A DNA stretch of 64,000 nt from Narcine bancroftii. Its lineage: Eukaryota. Positions 47,173-60,516 of the stretch are shown piece by piece; the stretch's first letter is position 1, and the number at the start of each line of letters is the position of its first letter. The stretch spans positions 337,466,001 to 337,530,000 of the forward strand of contig NC_091470.1 of assembly GCF_036971445.1 (NCBI RefSeq), read 5' to 3'. The notes below the pieces were generated by a model, which was given only the letters and a program-made list of their open reading frames with translations, was not told where the DNA came from and searched no databases. Position numbers and translations under genes: made by a program.

Positions 47173-50100
47173 TTTTTTTTCATAACTTTATTTATTCATT
47201 CAACGAAGTTATTACATATAGTTAAAAAAAGTACATATTATGAACGATAAAATTTTTTTATAAAAAAGAAAATAAAAGAACCACCCCCCCTCCCCCTCTC
47301 AGCCAGCTCTCTTTAGGAGAGCCAAAGAAAGAAAAAAAAAACTGAAATATATTTACTAAAATCTAATCAAGGTAAATCTAAATGTAAATATTCTAAATAT
47401 AAAGACCACTTATTAAGAAAAAAAGAAAAATTATCATGTAAAACATACGTGATTTTTTCCATGACCAAACAAGTTTTCATCTCATTTTGTCATCTATTAG
47501 TATCAATCACATTAGCATTTTTCCATGTACTTGCTGTACATTTTTTTTTGCAACAAATAAAGCTAAATATACAAAAGCAATCTGAAATTTGTCTAATCCC
47601 AAATCTTTCAAAGGATTTAACTCACCCAACAAAAATATTGTCGGATCCAAAGACCAAACAAGTATAAGTACACATAACCAAACAGCATGAAAAAAGTTCC
47701 AACCGAATTACCACATCTAAAACAAGAATCCGATTCACTAAAACCATATTTTTAAAAACTTTTCAGGTGTTAAATACAATTGATGTAAAAAATTGCATAA
47801 TGAACATTTATCAATCTAGTAACACGATCATGACAAATATCTAACCAGTCATCTTCAGAAAAAGTAAAGTTGATATCCTTTACCCATTTAATCTTAGATC
47901 TATCCCATCCCTTTTTTTCCATATTTTCCTGTAATATTTGGTACATCAATGAAATATATCCCTTTTCTGGTACAGTCACAAGAAAATATTCAAATTTAGT
48001 CAATTTAGGTAAAATCATATCTCTACCAAATATTTGTTTTACTAGGGATCGAAGTTGATAATAAACGAATAAAGAATTCTCATTAATACCAAAATCTTCC
48101 CTTATTTGATTAAAGGATAAAAATTGACCTTCTTTAAAACAATCTCCCAAGTTTTTTTATACCTTTAGATTTCCAATGTAATAAACATTGATTATACATT
48201 GAAAAAGGAATAAGTTGGTTTATTATATAACGGTGTTAAAGTCAATAATTTACCCTTAGAACCTATCATTCTATTTTTCTTCATCCATAACTTCATTAAA
48301 TTTTTAGTATAGGCACATTATATTGTTGTAATAAATTTAAATTCGACCGAAACTAAAATTGATGTATTTCAAATTCAGAAATATTTGCCATCTCAATTTT
48401 AGCCCAACTAGGGGGGCGTTCCAAATCCATTAATGAACTAATAAATTTAAATTGAGCTGCCTCATAATAATTTTGAAAATGTGGTAAGCGTAATCCCCCT
48501 AATGCATATTTCCAGGTTAGCTTATTCAAAGCTACTCTCGGAAATTTACCCTTCCATAAAAATTCCCTAACCATTTTATTTAAATCTCAAAAAAAATTCT
48601 TATTAAGTAAACACGGAATTGACTGAAACAAATATTGTATACGTGGAAAGATATTCATTTTGATTGTATTTATTCTTCCAATTAAATTTATAGGAAGATC
48701 CTTCCACTTAATCAAATCAGCTTTGATCTTTTTCATTAACGGTACATAATTTAATTTATATAAAGATTGATAATCAACATCCACATTTATACCCAAATAT
48801 TTAATTCAATCAGTCCACTTCAAATTAATAATATTCTTATAAACTGAATAATCTCCTTCACCTATCGGTAAAATTTCACTTTTTTCCCAGTTAACTTTAT
48901 ATCCAAACAAAGATCCATATTGTGTTAAACATTCCTTCAAGTGTAAAAGTGACTGAGCTGGGTTTGTTAAATACACCAGTACATCATCAGTGAATAAATT
49001 AATTTTATACTCCTCATCTAAATCTCTCATACCTTGTATCTGTGTATTTTGTTGTATCAACTATGCTAAAGGTTCAATCACTAACGCAAACAAAGCTGGA
49101 GACAAAGGACCACCTTGACGAGTTGAACGAGTTAATTTAAAAGGTTCTGAGATTTGACCATTTGTCAATACCCTGGCTATTGGTTTATTGTATAAAGCTT
49201 TAATCCAACCAATAAAAGTAGGACCAAACTTCAATTTCTCTAAGACTTTAAATAAAAAGTTCCACTCAACTCTGTCAAAAGCCTTTTCTGCATTAAGAGA
49301 TATCGCCATTGGATGGTCAGGGCACTGTCAATATTTATTAATCAAACTAATCACTCGAAGAATATTATCTGAAGCATATCTATTCTTTATGAAACCTGTT
49401 TGATCAACATGTATCAACTGAGGTAAAAATTTAGCCAATCGATTCACGAATACTTTAGCTATTATTTTATAGTATACATTCAACAAAGAAATTGGTCTAT
49501 ATGAAGACACCTTTAAAGGATCTCTATCCTTCTTAGGAATTACAGTGATTAAGGCACTAGAGCTTGATTCAGGTAAATCATAATGTTCATTAATCTGTCA
49601 TAACACATCTCCAAACACTGTAGATAAATCATCATAAAATACCTTATAAAATTCAACCGAAAACCCATCATCACCAGGTGATTTTCCATTCAGCATTTCT
49701 AACATAGCCGATTTAATTTCTAAATCAGTAAAAGGAGCCTCCAGATCCAATATGTCTTCTTCTCCTAGTTCTGGTAATTTCAACACCGATAAAAAAGAGT
49801 CAATCGATCCGCTCTCCTGTTTTTCCTCAAAGTATATAATTTCTTATAAAATGAATAAAACTCATCATTAATCTCACGAGGTTTGTAAGTAATAGTCAAA
49901 TTTCATCTAGCTGCATTAATAACCCTTGATACCTGTTCTTTCTTTAACTGTTATGCAAGTACCTTATGCACTTTCCCACCCCATTCATAATACTGTTGTT
50001 TAGATCTATTAATCAAGCATTCAAATTGATAAGATTGCAACGCATTGTATTTCAATTTCAATCTAGACAACTCTATCTTCTGATTTTCTGTCACATTTCT

Positions 50101-51253
50101 CTGAAATTCCTTTTCTAATACATCAATCTGTTTCTCTAATTCAAGGCTCTTGGTCAGATAATTCTTTTTAACCTTAGAAGTATAACTAATTATTTTACCT
50201 CTCAAGTAAGCTTTCATAGCATCCCACAATATAAATTTACTCTGAATGGAGTTAACATTTTCTTCCAAAAAGAGATTAATTTGTTTTTTAAAAAATTCAA
50301 TAAATTCTGCTTTTTTAAACAACATCGTATTGAATCTCCAACGAGAAGCTGCACGAACTTTTTCAGAACTCTCATAAGTAAAATACAACAAAGAATGATC
50401 TGAAATTACCCAACTTTTATATTCTGCTTGCAATATTTTCTCCTGTAAATGTGCCGATACTAAAAAAAATCAATTCTAGAAAAAGATTCATGTCTAAATG
50501 AATAAAAAGAGAAATCCTTCTCTGTTGGTCAAGATGTCGCCAAATGTCCACTAAATTAAAATCTTTCATAAAGCTCGAATTTGAATTGCCTTTTTAGATT
50601 TTTTAACATTTTTTGGTGATTTATCTAATAAAGGTTCCAAACACAGTTAAAATCTCCTCCAACCAGAGCATTTTCATTAGCTTGCCCCAAAAGCAGAAAT
50701 GCATCCAAAATAAATGCTTCATCATCCACATTCAGTGAATAAATGTTAAGTCCAAAATTCATTAAAAATCTTACAATTCAACTTAAGAAGACATCCTGCA
50801 TTAATTTCCATTGATTGTAATTCAAAAGATAAATTTTTATGTATCAAAATTGCTACTCCTTTAGCTTTGGAGTTAAATGAAGAAGAAAAAACATGTCCAA
50901 CCCAGTCCCTCTTCAATTTCATACTTTCTTTTTCATTCAAATGTGTCTCCTGTAAAAAAGCAATATCAATCTTCATCTTTTTAATGTAAGCCAAAACTCA
51001 CTTACGCTTGATCGGGTTGTTTAATCCCTGAACATTAAAAGTAGCAAATTTCAAATTTGACCTATCTAATACAATTGCTAAATACCAAAAATAATCACAA
51101 AATTAATAATAACAAAGAAAAGAAAATATTTTTTTTATATAGAACCCTCAAATTAAAATATATAGGCCCTCCAAATAAAAATAATATTCGTTAATAAGAA
51201 AGAAAAAAAAACCTACCAAAAGGTAGTAACTCCCTAAAAAAACTGGGTGTGGA
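47173..51253 (-). mobile_element. L1 LINE, 5'-truncated, near-complete but degenerate ORF2
   Basis: Endonuclease (IAFLQETHL, ISDH), RT (YRPISLLN, AEKAFDRVEW, TRQGGPLSP, LFTDDVL) and poly(A) at 47173; 14-bp TSD atactttaatttct at 47159-47172 and 51254-51267. Confidence 0.92.
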
Positions 51254-51399
51254 ATACTTTAATTTCTCATCCATCTCATAGGTTTTAAATTTAATTGCAC
51301 ACATGAAAAGTCACAACTAGAGTAAATAATAGAGAACCAGCAGGTGTACTGTACTTGGATTTCAAAAGGTTCCAAAAGATAGGTCTCAAGCATTGGACA

Positions 51400-52200
51400 T
51401 ATTGGTTTGGATGAGGATGGACTAAAAGGCAGGAACCAGCTCATGGGGGCTATTTCTGATTAGCAAACTGTCTTTAGTCGGGTACTATAGATATCAGTGC
51501 TGGGACCACAATTGTGTCCAATGAGTCTGAGAAATGAAACGAACAGTAGCCAAATTTATAAGGGACACGAAAATAGTAAGAAGATGAGCATACAAAGAAC
51601 TTAAAGAGATAGAGATATGTGAATTGAATGGGTAAAAAGTTGGTAGGTGGAGCATAATGTGGGGAAAATGTGGGGTTTTTTTTTAAGAATGTGAGAACAG
51701 CTTCTCACTTAATTGGGGATAAACTGCAGAAAGTTACATCACAAAGCAATTTCGGAGGTCCTTGTGCCCAAACTCATTCAGCGTGTAATAGGGAAGAGAA
51801 TTGCCCTCATTTCACTAAGGTTGGAAATTAAAAGTCTTACTACAGCTGTGTAATGCAATAACAAGATCACAATGAGACTGTGAACAATTCTGGGCCCCCA
51901 ACTTGCCAAACGATATTTCATTGGAGGTGGTTAAGAAAACTATTGACGGGCGTGGAAGGATTATCCTACAAATAAAGGTTAAACAAATTGGGGCGCTGCC
52001 CATTGGAGTTTAGAAAAATGAAGGCAATCTTATTGAAATACAATATTCTTAGGGTAAATGCCGAGAGGATGTTTCCTTTTATGGGAGTGTCCATTCAGGG
52101 GGTATGGTCTCAGAAAAGGGATGCCCCATTTAAAACTGAAATGAGGAAGAATTTCTCCTCTGAGAATGGTCTTTAGAATTACTTTCTATATAGAACTGCA
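51400..52200 (+). mobile_element. Old, heavily degenerate CR1 fragment
   Basis: Remnants tcagtgctgggaccacaatt, aattctgggccccc, ttaaaactgaaatgaggaagaatttc. Confidence 0.55.
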
Positions 52201-52764
52201 GATCGAACAAACCCCTGTATATATTAAACATACTTTTTTCTGAATCCTACTGCTCCTTCATCACAAAGACATTTTTAATATTGTCCCTGGGAAGTACTTT
52301 AGAACATCTTGCTGTATTAATGTGTTAACATAAATGTTTCTTTTTTGGTGATGAAATTTTAAAGGTACTACAAAAGATCAATTGTTGTAGCAGTCTTCAG
52401 CAAAGCAGATAAGGAGCATAATCTAAAACAGGATTCTAAATTTTCAAAAAATTTGCATGAACCATCCTTGTTGAGCATGGGCCTATTCTGTCTATTGTGA
52501 GGGACAGGAGGGTTAGAAAGTCTATTTGGTTGTTTCATGAGTATCTACTCTGTATTTTCATTAAATGTATGCTCTTTAGGCAGGCAATGAAAAAATATAC
52601 AGGGACCACAAGTTGTGGAGGGTTTTGATATTTTCTTATTACACGGATTATATGTTAATAACTAGATAAGTAATAAAACCAAATCAAGGACATTCCTAGA
52701 TTTCCTTTGCTAGGATATTAGACATCATGTTAATCTTCAACATATATCAGCCTTTGAAGATGCT

Positions 52765-52962
52765 ATGACAAAATGCTCTTATAGTGCCAGCGACCTGGGT
52801 TCAAATCTGGCCCTCTCCGTAAAGAGTTTGTATATACGCTCCATGTCTGTACGGGTTTTGTCCCACCTTTCAAAAACGTCTGGGGATTGTAGGCTAATTG
52901 GTGTATTTGGGCAGCATGGGTTAGTGGCCAGAAGGGTCTGTTACTGTGCTGTAGGTCTAAAG
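52765..52962 (+). mobile_element. tRNA-derived SINE
   Basis: B-box gggttcaaatc and a diverged core. Confidence 0.7.
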
Positions 52963-53481
52963 TTAAACAAAATTCTAGGCCAATGCCCACATGAATAACT
53001 TTGCCATAGACAAGCCTCAAGGTGTCAGCATGTGCTACCTGATATATCTTACTTCTCTTTATTGTATCATTTAGGTTCCTTCCTCCCCCCATACCATGGG
53101 CTTTTTTTTTACACCCAACCCTACATTCAATTTACTATTTGCCTTGTGGTGTACCTCTTGTATTTCCTACTTACTTTGACCTTCTTCGATTATGCTTTCT
53201 GAGCTCACCTCTCTAAAATTAATATGTCTCAAGCACAAAATCATTAGTTGTAAAGTGGACTGCAGGGTAGGTAGTGAAGGAAGCAGGCTTAGAAGCATTC
53301 AAGAACCAAATTACTTGCACCATTTGAATGGCAGAGTTTGGTCAAAGCAGCTAGGATATACTCAACAAATTTCCTCATTCACATTTGTTATATTGATTCA
53401 AATGCTAAGGAATAATGAAAGTATACTAGTCAGGGAGGAGAGGGAGGCTCAGAGTGTTAACAGAGACCATTTTATTCATAC

Positions 53482-53636
53482 CTAAAACAATTGTGTTCAT
53501 CAATATGCCAGACACTGAAGTGCCAAGAACAAACTGCAAAGCAATGAAGAAGCTGATGTTTGGTGCAAATGCTGCTCCGACTCCACTGATAAGCTGAAGT
53601 AGCAGTGAGACCAAGATAGTTCTTTGTCGACCAAAT
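53482..53636 (-). CDS. SLC22A13: SLC22A13-like organic ion transporter, inferred exon 3 (155 nt)
   Basis: cctgtag|A TTT GGT CGA...; (R)FGRQRTILVSLLLQLISGVGAAFAPNISFFIALQFVLGTSVSGILMNTIVL; donor gtatga; MFS motif A. The paralog name is tentative. Confidence 0.85.
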
Positions 53637-54239
53637 CTACAGGGGAAAATAAGCAAGTTATTGAAGGTAAGCAGGAAATACTCAGCAGGTCAGGCAGCAT
53701 CAGCAGAGAGAGAAAAACTGTGTTGATGGTTCAGGTCAACAACCTCCCCCACCCCCCAACTTCAGAGCCTGAAATATTGATTCGGTATCAATCTCTGAAG
53801 ATGCCAAACCCACAGAGTATCTTTTAACATTTATATTTCAGATTTCCAAAAGGTCAACGATTTTCATGTATTTTCCACTGGTCATCATGAAACAAAGTTC
53901 CATTTTCTCAACCTGATCTGCCAGGTTCATAAGAACATAAGGACATAGGAGCAAGAGTTGGACATCTGGCCCATCATTTGCTTCGCCACTTAATAAGATT
54001 ATGGCAAGTCTGACCTTGGATTCACTTACCCGTCTTTTCCACAAAACACGTCATTCTAGTACTTTGCAAAAATCTACCTGACTATGTTTTAAATATGTTC
54101 AGGGAGGTAGCCTCCATTGCTTCTCTGGGCATATAATTCCATTAATTCTTCTGGTAGTTTAAAAAAAAATAGATTATAGAATCTGCAGTCTCTTGTGTAT
54201 CCACCTCAATGAGTTGTAGAATGTAATTGTTTCCTCAAG

Positions 54240-54822
54240 AAATGGCATGTTGGACTTCATTAATCAAAAGGTCATTTTGCAACTCTACAAATCTCTGGTG
54301 AGTCCACACTGAGAGTATTGTGTTCAGTTCTGGTCACCTCATTATAGGAAAGATGTGGAAGCTGTGGAAATGATGCAGAGGAGATTTACCAGGATGTTGC
54401 CCAGATTGGAAAATAAGTCTTATGAGGCAAGGTTAGCAGAGCTGCGACTTTTTCCTTTGGAGCAAAAAAAGGATGAGAGGAAACTTAGTAGACATCAAAA
54501 GGATTCTGAGGCATAGATAGGGTAGACAACCGACACCTTTTCCCAGGAACAGAGTAACAAACACGAGAGGATATTTGTACAAAGTGAAATGCTTAAAGGA
54601 GACATCAAGGGTGTTTTTCACACAGAGAGTTGTGGGGGCCTGGAATTCCTTGGTGGAGGCTGGAACATTAGGGGAATTTAAGAGACTCTTAGGCAGGCAT
54701 GTGGATGGAATAAAAATAGACGGTTACAAGGTAGGAAGGGTTTAGTATTTTTTTGGTAAGAATATATAGGTCAGCACAACATCGAGGGCTGAAGGGCCTG
54801 TACTGTGCTGCATTGTTCTATA
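54240..54822 (+). mobile_element. CR1 3' fragment
   Basis: gagtattgtgttcagttctggtcacctcattatagg...gggctgaagggcctgtactgtgctg. Confidence 0.85.
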
Positions 54823-55279
54823 TAGAGCCACGTGCAGTGGGTTTGCATTATAGAGTTCAGTTGGCGCATGCATGAGAGTTAAGGACACAAATTCAATATC
54901 GTTAGGGCACTTAATTCTCACGCAATCGCCGACTGAATTCCAATACATGAACCCACCGAGCATGTGCACAGGAACCAAGAGGCCGTACCCAGCCTACGGA
55001 TCCTAGGAGGCTGACTAACGAGATAAGTACTTAATTCTGACATACATCCATTCCAATATACGACCAGTCATCCAGAGTGGAACACGGACGTATGTCATCC
55101 AGAGTGGAACACGGACGTATGTCAGGGATTACGTGTATACAGGAACAATGGAGGAATGGTGAGCCATAGCCACAGCACTTCAGGAACCTGGTGGGAGATT
55201 TTCAGCACTTCTTCCTTGTGTCTGCACCCTGGGCCGTGGAGGATTACTGTGGTCACCCAACTGGCCTGAGCAGCACAGC

Positions 55280-55762
55280 GACCTCTCCCTGCTCAGTGGG
55301 ATGGGACTGGGGTATGGGGGCCGGGGCCAGTGGCCTCTTCCTGCCCAGTGGGACAGCAATGGGGCCAGAGACCTTTCCCTGCCTAGTGGGATGGGGGTTG
55401 GGTCCAGAAACCTCTCTCTGCCCGGTGGGATGAGGCTGGAAGATGGGGGGACAGGGCTGGCGGCCTCACACTGCCCAGCGGGATGTGGGACGACAACCTT
55501 TCCCTGCCCATTAGGATGGGGGAAATGTAACCTCTCCTTGCCCAGTGGGACAGGGAAATGGGGCCAGGAGATGTGACCTTTTCCTGCCCAGTGGGATGTG
55601 GCTGGGGGACACCGAACTGACGGGGCTGGGGAATGTGACTTCTCCCTGCCCAGTGGGTCAGGGGACGCAATCTCTCCCTGCTCAGCAGGACGGGGGACAT
55701 GACCTCTCGCTCTCCAGCAAGACGGGGAAAACGCGACCTCTCCCTACCCAGATGGGGGACCG
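55280..55762. repeat. GC-rich degenerate minisatellite (~35-40 bp unit, roughly 12-13 copies)
   Basis: Recurring acct(c/t)tccctgcccagtggga...gggg units. Confidence 0.8.
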
Positions 55763-56488
55763 GCCCACCACTTTAACATTACGTTGAAATTAGTAGTGTT
55801 ACAAGTACAGAGGACCCCAAAACCCTGCAGCAATAGATATGCACCACGGCAAAGGGTTACTTAAACAAAAGTTGCTTTAATTATCTTTGAACACAAAAAT
55901 AAAATCAAACTTTAATTTATCTCTATTGACTCACTTAACCTACTTAACCTCTTTCTAATTCTAAGCGCAGGTGTGTGTAATGTATGTGTAAGTTCAGCAA
56001 AGTTCTTTGGTTCACAGTCCAATCTCACTGGTTGCAGGCAATTCTTGTACTGTGCACAGAAGTTAACATTAATAAAGTTCACCAGGCTTTGGTGATTAAC
56101 AGGTAAATGGTTACCACTCAGAAGGGTTCTTGTTGATCTTCAGAGAGAAAGTTTTTCTTGTTTCAGGTCACCACAGAGTTCCTTTCTGTTTTTCCTTTTC
56201 CAAGGGAAACAGTGGACAGCCAGTCCTCTCCTTTGACCAGGCCATCTTTCAAAGCTTGCCAGCTTGTCTCTCTGGAACCGATACCTGTGTCTCTCCTCTC
56301 TTACTCTCATTCACTCCCTCCCTTCTCTAAGAGCAAAGCCTTTTTTTCTGCTCTTTGCCTGCAAAGATCACATGACATTCCAGACAGTAAGTTTTGTTTT
56401 CCAGATAAAGCTGCTACTGCTTGTTGTTACATTTGTTGCCTTTTTCAAACCATCCATCATGAATCTGAGCACTTTTGCAAAAGCTCTT

Positions 56489-59400
56489 TGTTGGGTGCTA
56501 TTGGTAGCCCCAATAATGACGCAGACGGAAGACTGAGGGGAATGATAGGCATTATTGAGCTAGAGACTGCTGGGCCTTTATGGTCCGGGGTCACATGGGC
56601 AGGACTAAAGGAGGAGCTAAGGCAGGGAGACATCCGGAGGGCGGGCCAGCCAGTGCATATAATCATATCACCACATTCACCCCCTCTTTTTTAAAAAAAT
56701 AACCCACCGGTAAACAACAAAACCCGGAAGCAATAACAGCAGCAATTTAACAAAGTAATATACAGCAGAATTTAATAATCAATATACAAAGTGGCAGGAG
56801 AAGCGGACGCCCCCACCAGCTAGAGGTTGAGCTGCACAGGCGGCCTCCTCTGTCTGCCGGACGGCTGGGGAACCGGCATGTCCGTACGGCGCTCCTCCGG
56901 AGAGGGGGCTGACAGGGGAGTGTCCGCTGCAGGAACTGTGGGGGTTGGGGTGCTGGTGGTGTACTCCTGGAGTGCTTGGGTGTCCACCGCAGCTGCATGA
57001 GGGGTAGAGGTCTGGACGTCCGGCTGCAGGACAGGCAGCTCAGACTCCAGGGCCGAGCTTGGATGTGGCATCGTTGGGTCCGCGGCGTGGTCAGCACTGT
57101 CAGGAAGAAGGCATTCCTATTTGTGGTCGGGAGGGGGCCCTTGAAATCGACACTGAGTCATTCAAAAGGGCGAGTGGCCTTGATGAGGTATGCCTTTTCT
57201 GGCCAGTAGAACTGAGGCTTACACTCGGTGCAGATTTGGCAGCGTCTGGTCATGGACTAGACATCCTCGATGGTCATGGATTGGACATCCTCGATCTATA
57301 AAGTGATATAACCTCATAACTCCAGGGTGGCACAGACTATTGTGCAAGACCTAGAGATGGTCGAGATGCGCACTGGCGTACCTCCCTCGGGATAGGGCAT
57401 CCGGGGGATTGTTGAGCTTACCCAGCCGGTACAAAATGTCATAGTTGTAGGTGGATAACTCAATCCTCCACCTCAGAATCTTGTCATTCTTGATTTTACC
57501 CCATTGTTTGGCACTGAACATGGTCACTGCCCTCTGGTCAGTCAACAGGGTAAATCTCTTTTCGGCTAGGTAGTGTCGCCAGTGACGCACTGCCTCAACG
57601 ATCGCTTGTGCCTCCTTCTTGATGGAGGAGTGCCAGAGTTCGAGACTGTGAAGGGTGCAGGAAAAAAATGCTACTGGCCTGCCTGCCTGGTTTAATGTGG
57701 CGGCCAGTGTGAAGTAGGAGGCATCGCTTTCTATCTAGAAGGGGATGGACTCATCAACGGCATGCATCGTGGCCTTAGCGACGTCTCCTAAAATTTGGTT
57801 GAAGGCAGCCTGGGCCTCCGCCGATAATGGAAAAGTGGTTGACCGAATTAGGGGATGGGCCTTATCGGTGTAGTTGGGCACCCACTGCGCACCTTTTTAG
57901 TGCCTTCAGGGTGTTTGGGACAGGGAGCTCCAAAAGTGGTTGCATGCGGTCAGATCAAGGGTAATGACACCATGTGCCACGACGCATCCAAGAAGGGCCA
58001 GGCGCTTCATGTTGAACATGCATTTGTCCTTGTTGTACGTCAAGTTGAGTAACTTCCGTACACAAGAACTTTGCGAGATTTGCGTCGTGGTCCTGCTGGT
58101 CATGGCCGCAGATGGTGACATTGTCGAAGTATGGGAACGTTGCCGTCAGCCTGTGTTCCTCCACCATCCGGTCCGTTACTCTCTGAAAATCAGAAACACC
58201 GTTAGTAACGCCGAAGGACACCCGCAGGAAATGGAAGAGTTTCCCGTCTGCTTCGAATCCAGTATAGATTCGATCGCTCAGATAGATGGGGAGTTGGTGG
58301 TAAGCCGACTTGAGGTCAATAGTTGAAAAAATTCTGTATTTGGTGACCTTATTGACCAAGTTGGCTCTATGGGGGAATGGGTACGCATCTAGCTGGGTGA
58401 AGTGGTTGATGGTTTGACTGTAATCAATTACCATCCAGGACTTGCCCGACCCTCTGACCACGAGGACCTGTGGTCTCCAGGAACTGGTGCTAGGGGCTAT
58501 GATCCCCTCCACCAGAAGTCGCTGAACCTCAGCCCGGATAAATTGCATATCCTCCGAACTATAGCACCGACTTTTGGTGGCGATGGGTTTGCAATCTGGG
58601 GTGAAGTTCGTGAACAGCGACGGAGGGGGCACCCTTAAGGAAGTGAGACCGCAGGTTGGTGCTGGGTCTCAAGTGCCAATGCCGCTGGACGGTACCGGAG
58701 ATTGAGTGCATGGGCCACAGGATGGTACTGGGGGCTGGTTATCCAGTCGGGGATGGACGTCCGAATGCTGTGGGCTGTGGACGGTCAACGGTGGTTGGAA
58801 GCCTCCGAACACCATCGTCATGCTCTTAAACTGACTCTGAAAGTCAGGGCCTAGGAGGATCGGCGCACAGAGGCAGGGCAAAATTAATAACGCAAAGTCG
58901 TTATAACATTCCGCCCCACCCCCTCACCATCAGTGACACTACACATTACCCCTGGATACTCGTCTGTTGATCCATTACTGCCACTGAAACCATCCCGGTC
59001 ATTGGTCAGACTCGGATGGAGAGTCTCTGGACCACGTCGGTGTGTACGAAAAGTTCCGTACTGCCGCTATCAAAAAGACAATTTGTTTTATGCCCATTCA
59101 CCTCGATCTACATCATTGAGTTCAAGATCGGGTGAGGACTGGCTTGATTCAGTGTCACTGAAGCGAGGACTGGCCTTTCTTCATCGTCGTCATTGGCGAG
59201 GAGGCCTGCCCAAGATGGTGACCTCCATGTTAACCATGCAGCGTCGGATGAAGGCGGCGGCGGAAGTGGAGTCGTGGTGGTTGGAAGTGACGTCACTGGA
59301 GTGGTAGGCTGAGGTGCCGAGGTTGGTAGCGCTGGCTGGTAATACAGCACTCCCCTCACCGCACACACGGTCAGCACCGGAAGCTCTTCAGGAACGCATG

Positions 59401-60434
59401 CTGCGTTGTTCACATGCAGTGATCAGGACCTGCTGACCTTTTGATAGTGGCCCTTCTTTCCACAGCCCAAGCACATTGCTCCTTTTGCAGGGCAGAGGCA
59501 TCTCGTGTGCTTGCCGCAGAAGTTGCATCTTGACGATGCAGTTGGCGTGATTGCAGCCTCGGTCGGGTTGCTGATGCCTGATGCTGAGTCCCAGGCCGAT
59601 GGCCTTCATGGTGGAATGAACACTTCTGCCCGCGATCGACACTGCGTGACGCTGGGCCGAGTCCAGAGTTCTGATCAAGTCGATAGCCTTTTTGAGAGGG
59701 AGCAGGTCCTCCTTGAGGAGACTTTGCCGGATGTAGTCCGACCTCAACCCCGACACTCAGGCATCTCTGATCAGCTCTTCCACGCACTGGATTAATGATA
59801 TCATGCCCAGGCCCGTGGGATCCCCCAAACAGTCTTTTCCCAGTGTGACCAAGGACCAGATGAACTCTTCTGCGGACTCACCAGGCTGTTATTTCTGGGA
59901 CGTCAGCAGGTAACGGGAGTAAACCATGTTCACTTTTGGCTTATACAGTACCCGCTGCTCAGCCATCACCTCAGTTTAGGTCGTGCTGCCTTGGATGGTC
60001 AGGTAGGCCTTCTGGCCGCCTCGTGCCTGAGGGATCTTGAGCTTCTTTTCGACTGAGTCGACTCCCTCCGCAGCGGCATCAAGGAAGTTGTTAAAGCACT
60101 GCTCGAAGAGTACCGATGCACTGGGACTTGGGGGTCTACTTCCAGCCATTCGGGGCGCAGCAATTTCTCCATAACCGGAGAGTTCCAAACTCTAGCTCAA
60201 TTTGTTGGGCGATATTAGTAGCCCCAATAATGACGCAGACAGAAGACTGAGGGAAGCGATAGGCTTTATTGAGCTAGAGACTGCTGGCCAGGGTCCAGGC
60301 TCGGAAAATGAGTGGGAAGGAGAGGGGACTCGAACTTTATGGCCTGGGGTTACATGGGCAGGACTAAGGGAGGAGCTAAGGCAGGGAGACACCTGGAGGG
60401 TGGGTCAGCCAGTGCATACAATCATATCACCACA
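56489..60434 (-). mobile_element. Gypsy (Metaviridae) LTR retrotransposon, degenerate, integrase core deleted
   Basis: 5' LTR 60434-60203 and 3' LTR 56675-56489 (both TG...CA); PPT aaaaaagagggggtgaa; gag remnant; RT (IDLKSAYHQ, YFDNV); RNase H (WRHYL..FTLLTDQ, KILRWRIEL); integrase N-terminus (HNSLCHPG, CQIC, VDFKGPLP). Confidence 0.92.
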
Positions 60435-60516
60435 TTCCTGGAAAGATTCTGTGTTTTAAAGTGTTTGTGTGTGACCTGCTCTAACAAACATTTCCCAATT
60501 TATTTCCCTAACATAT

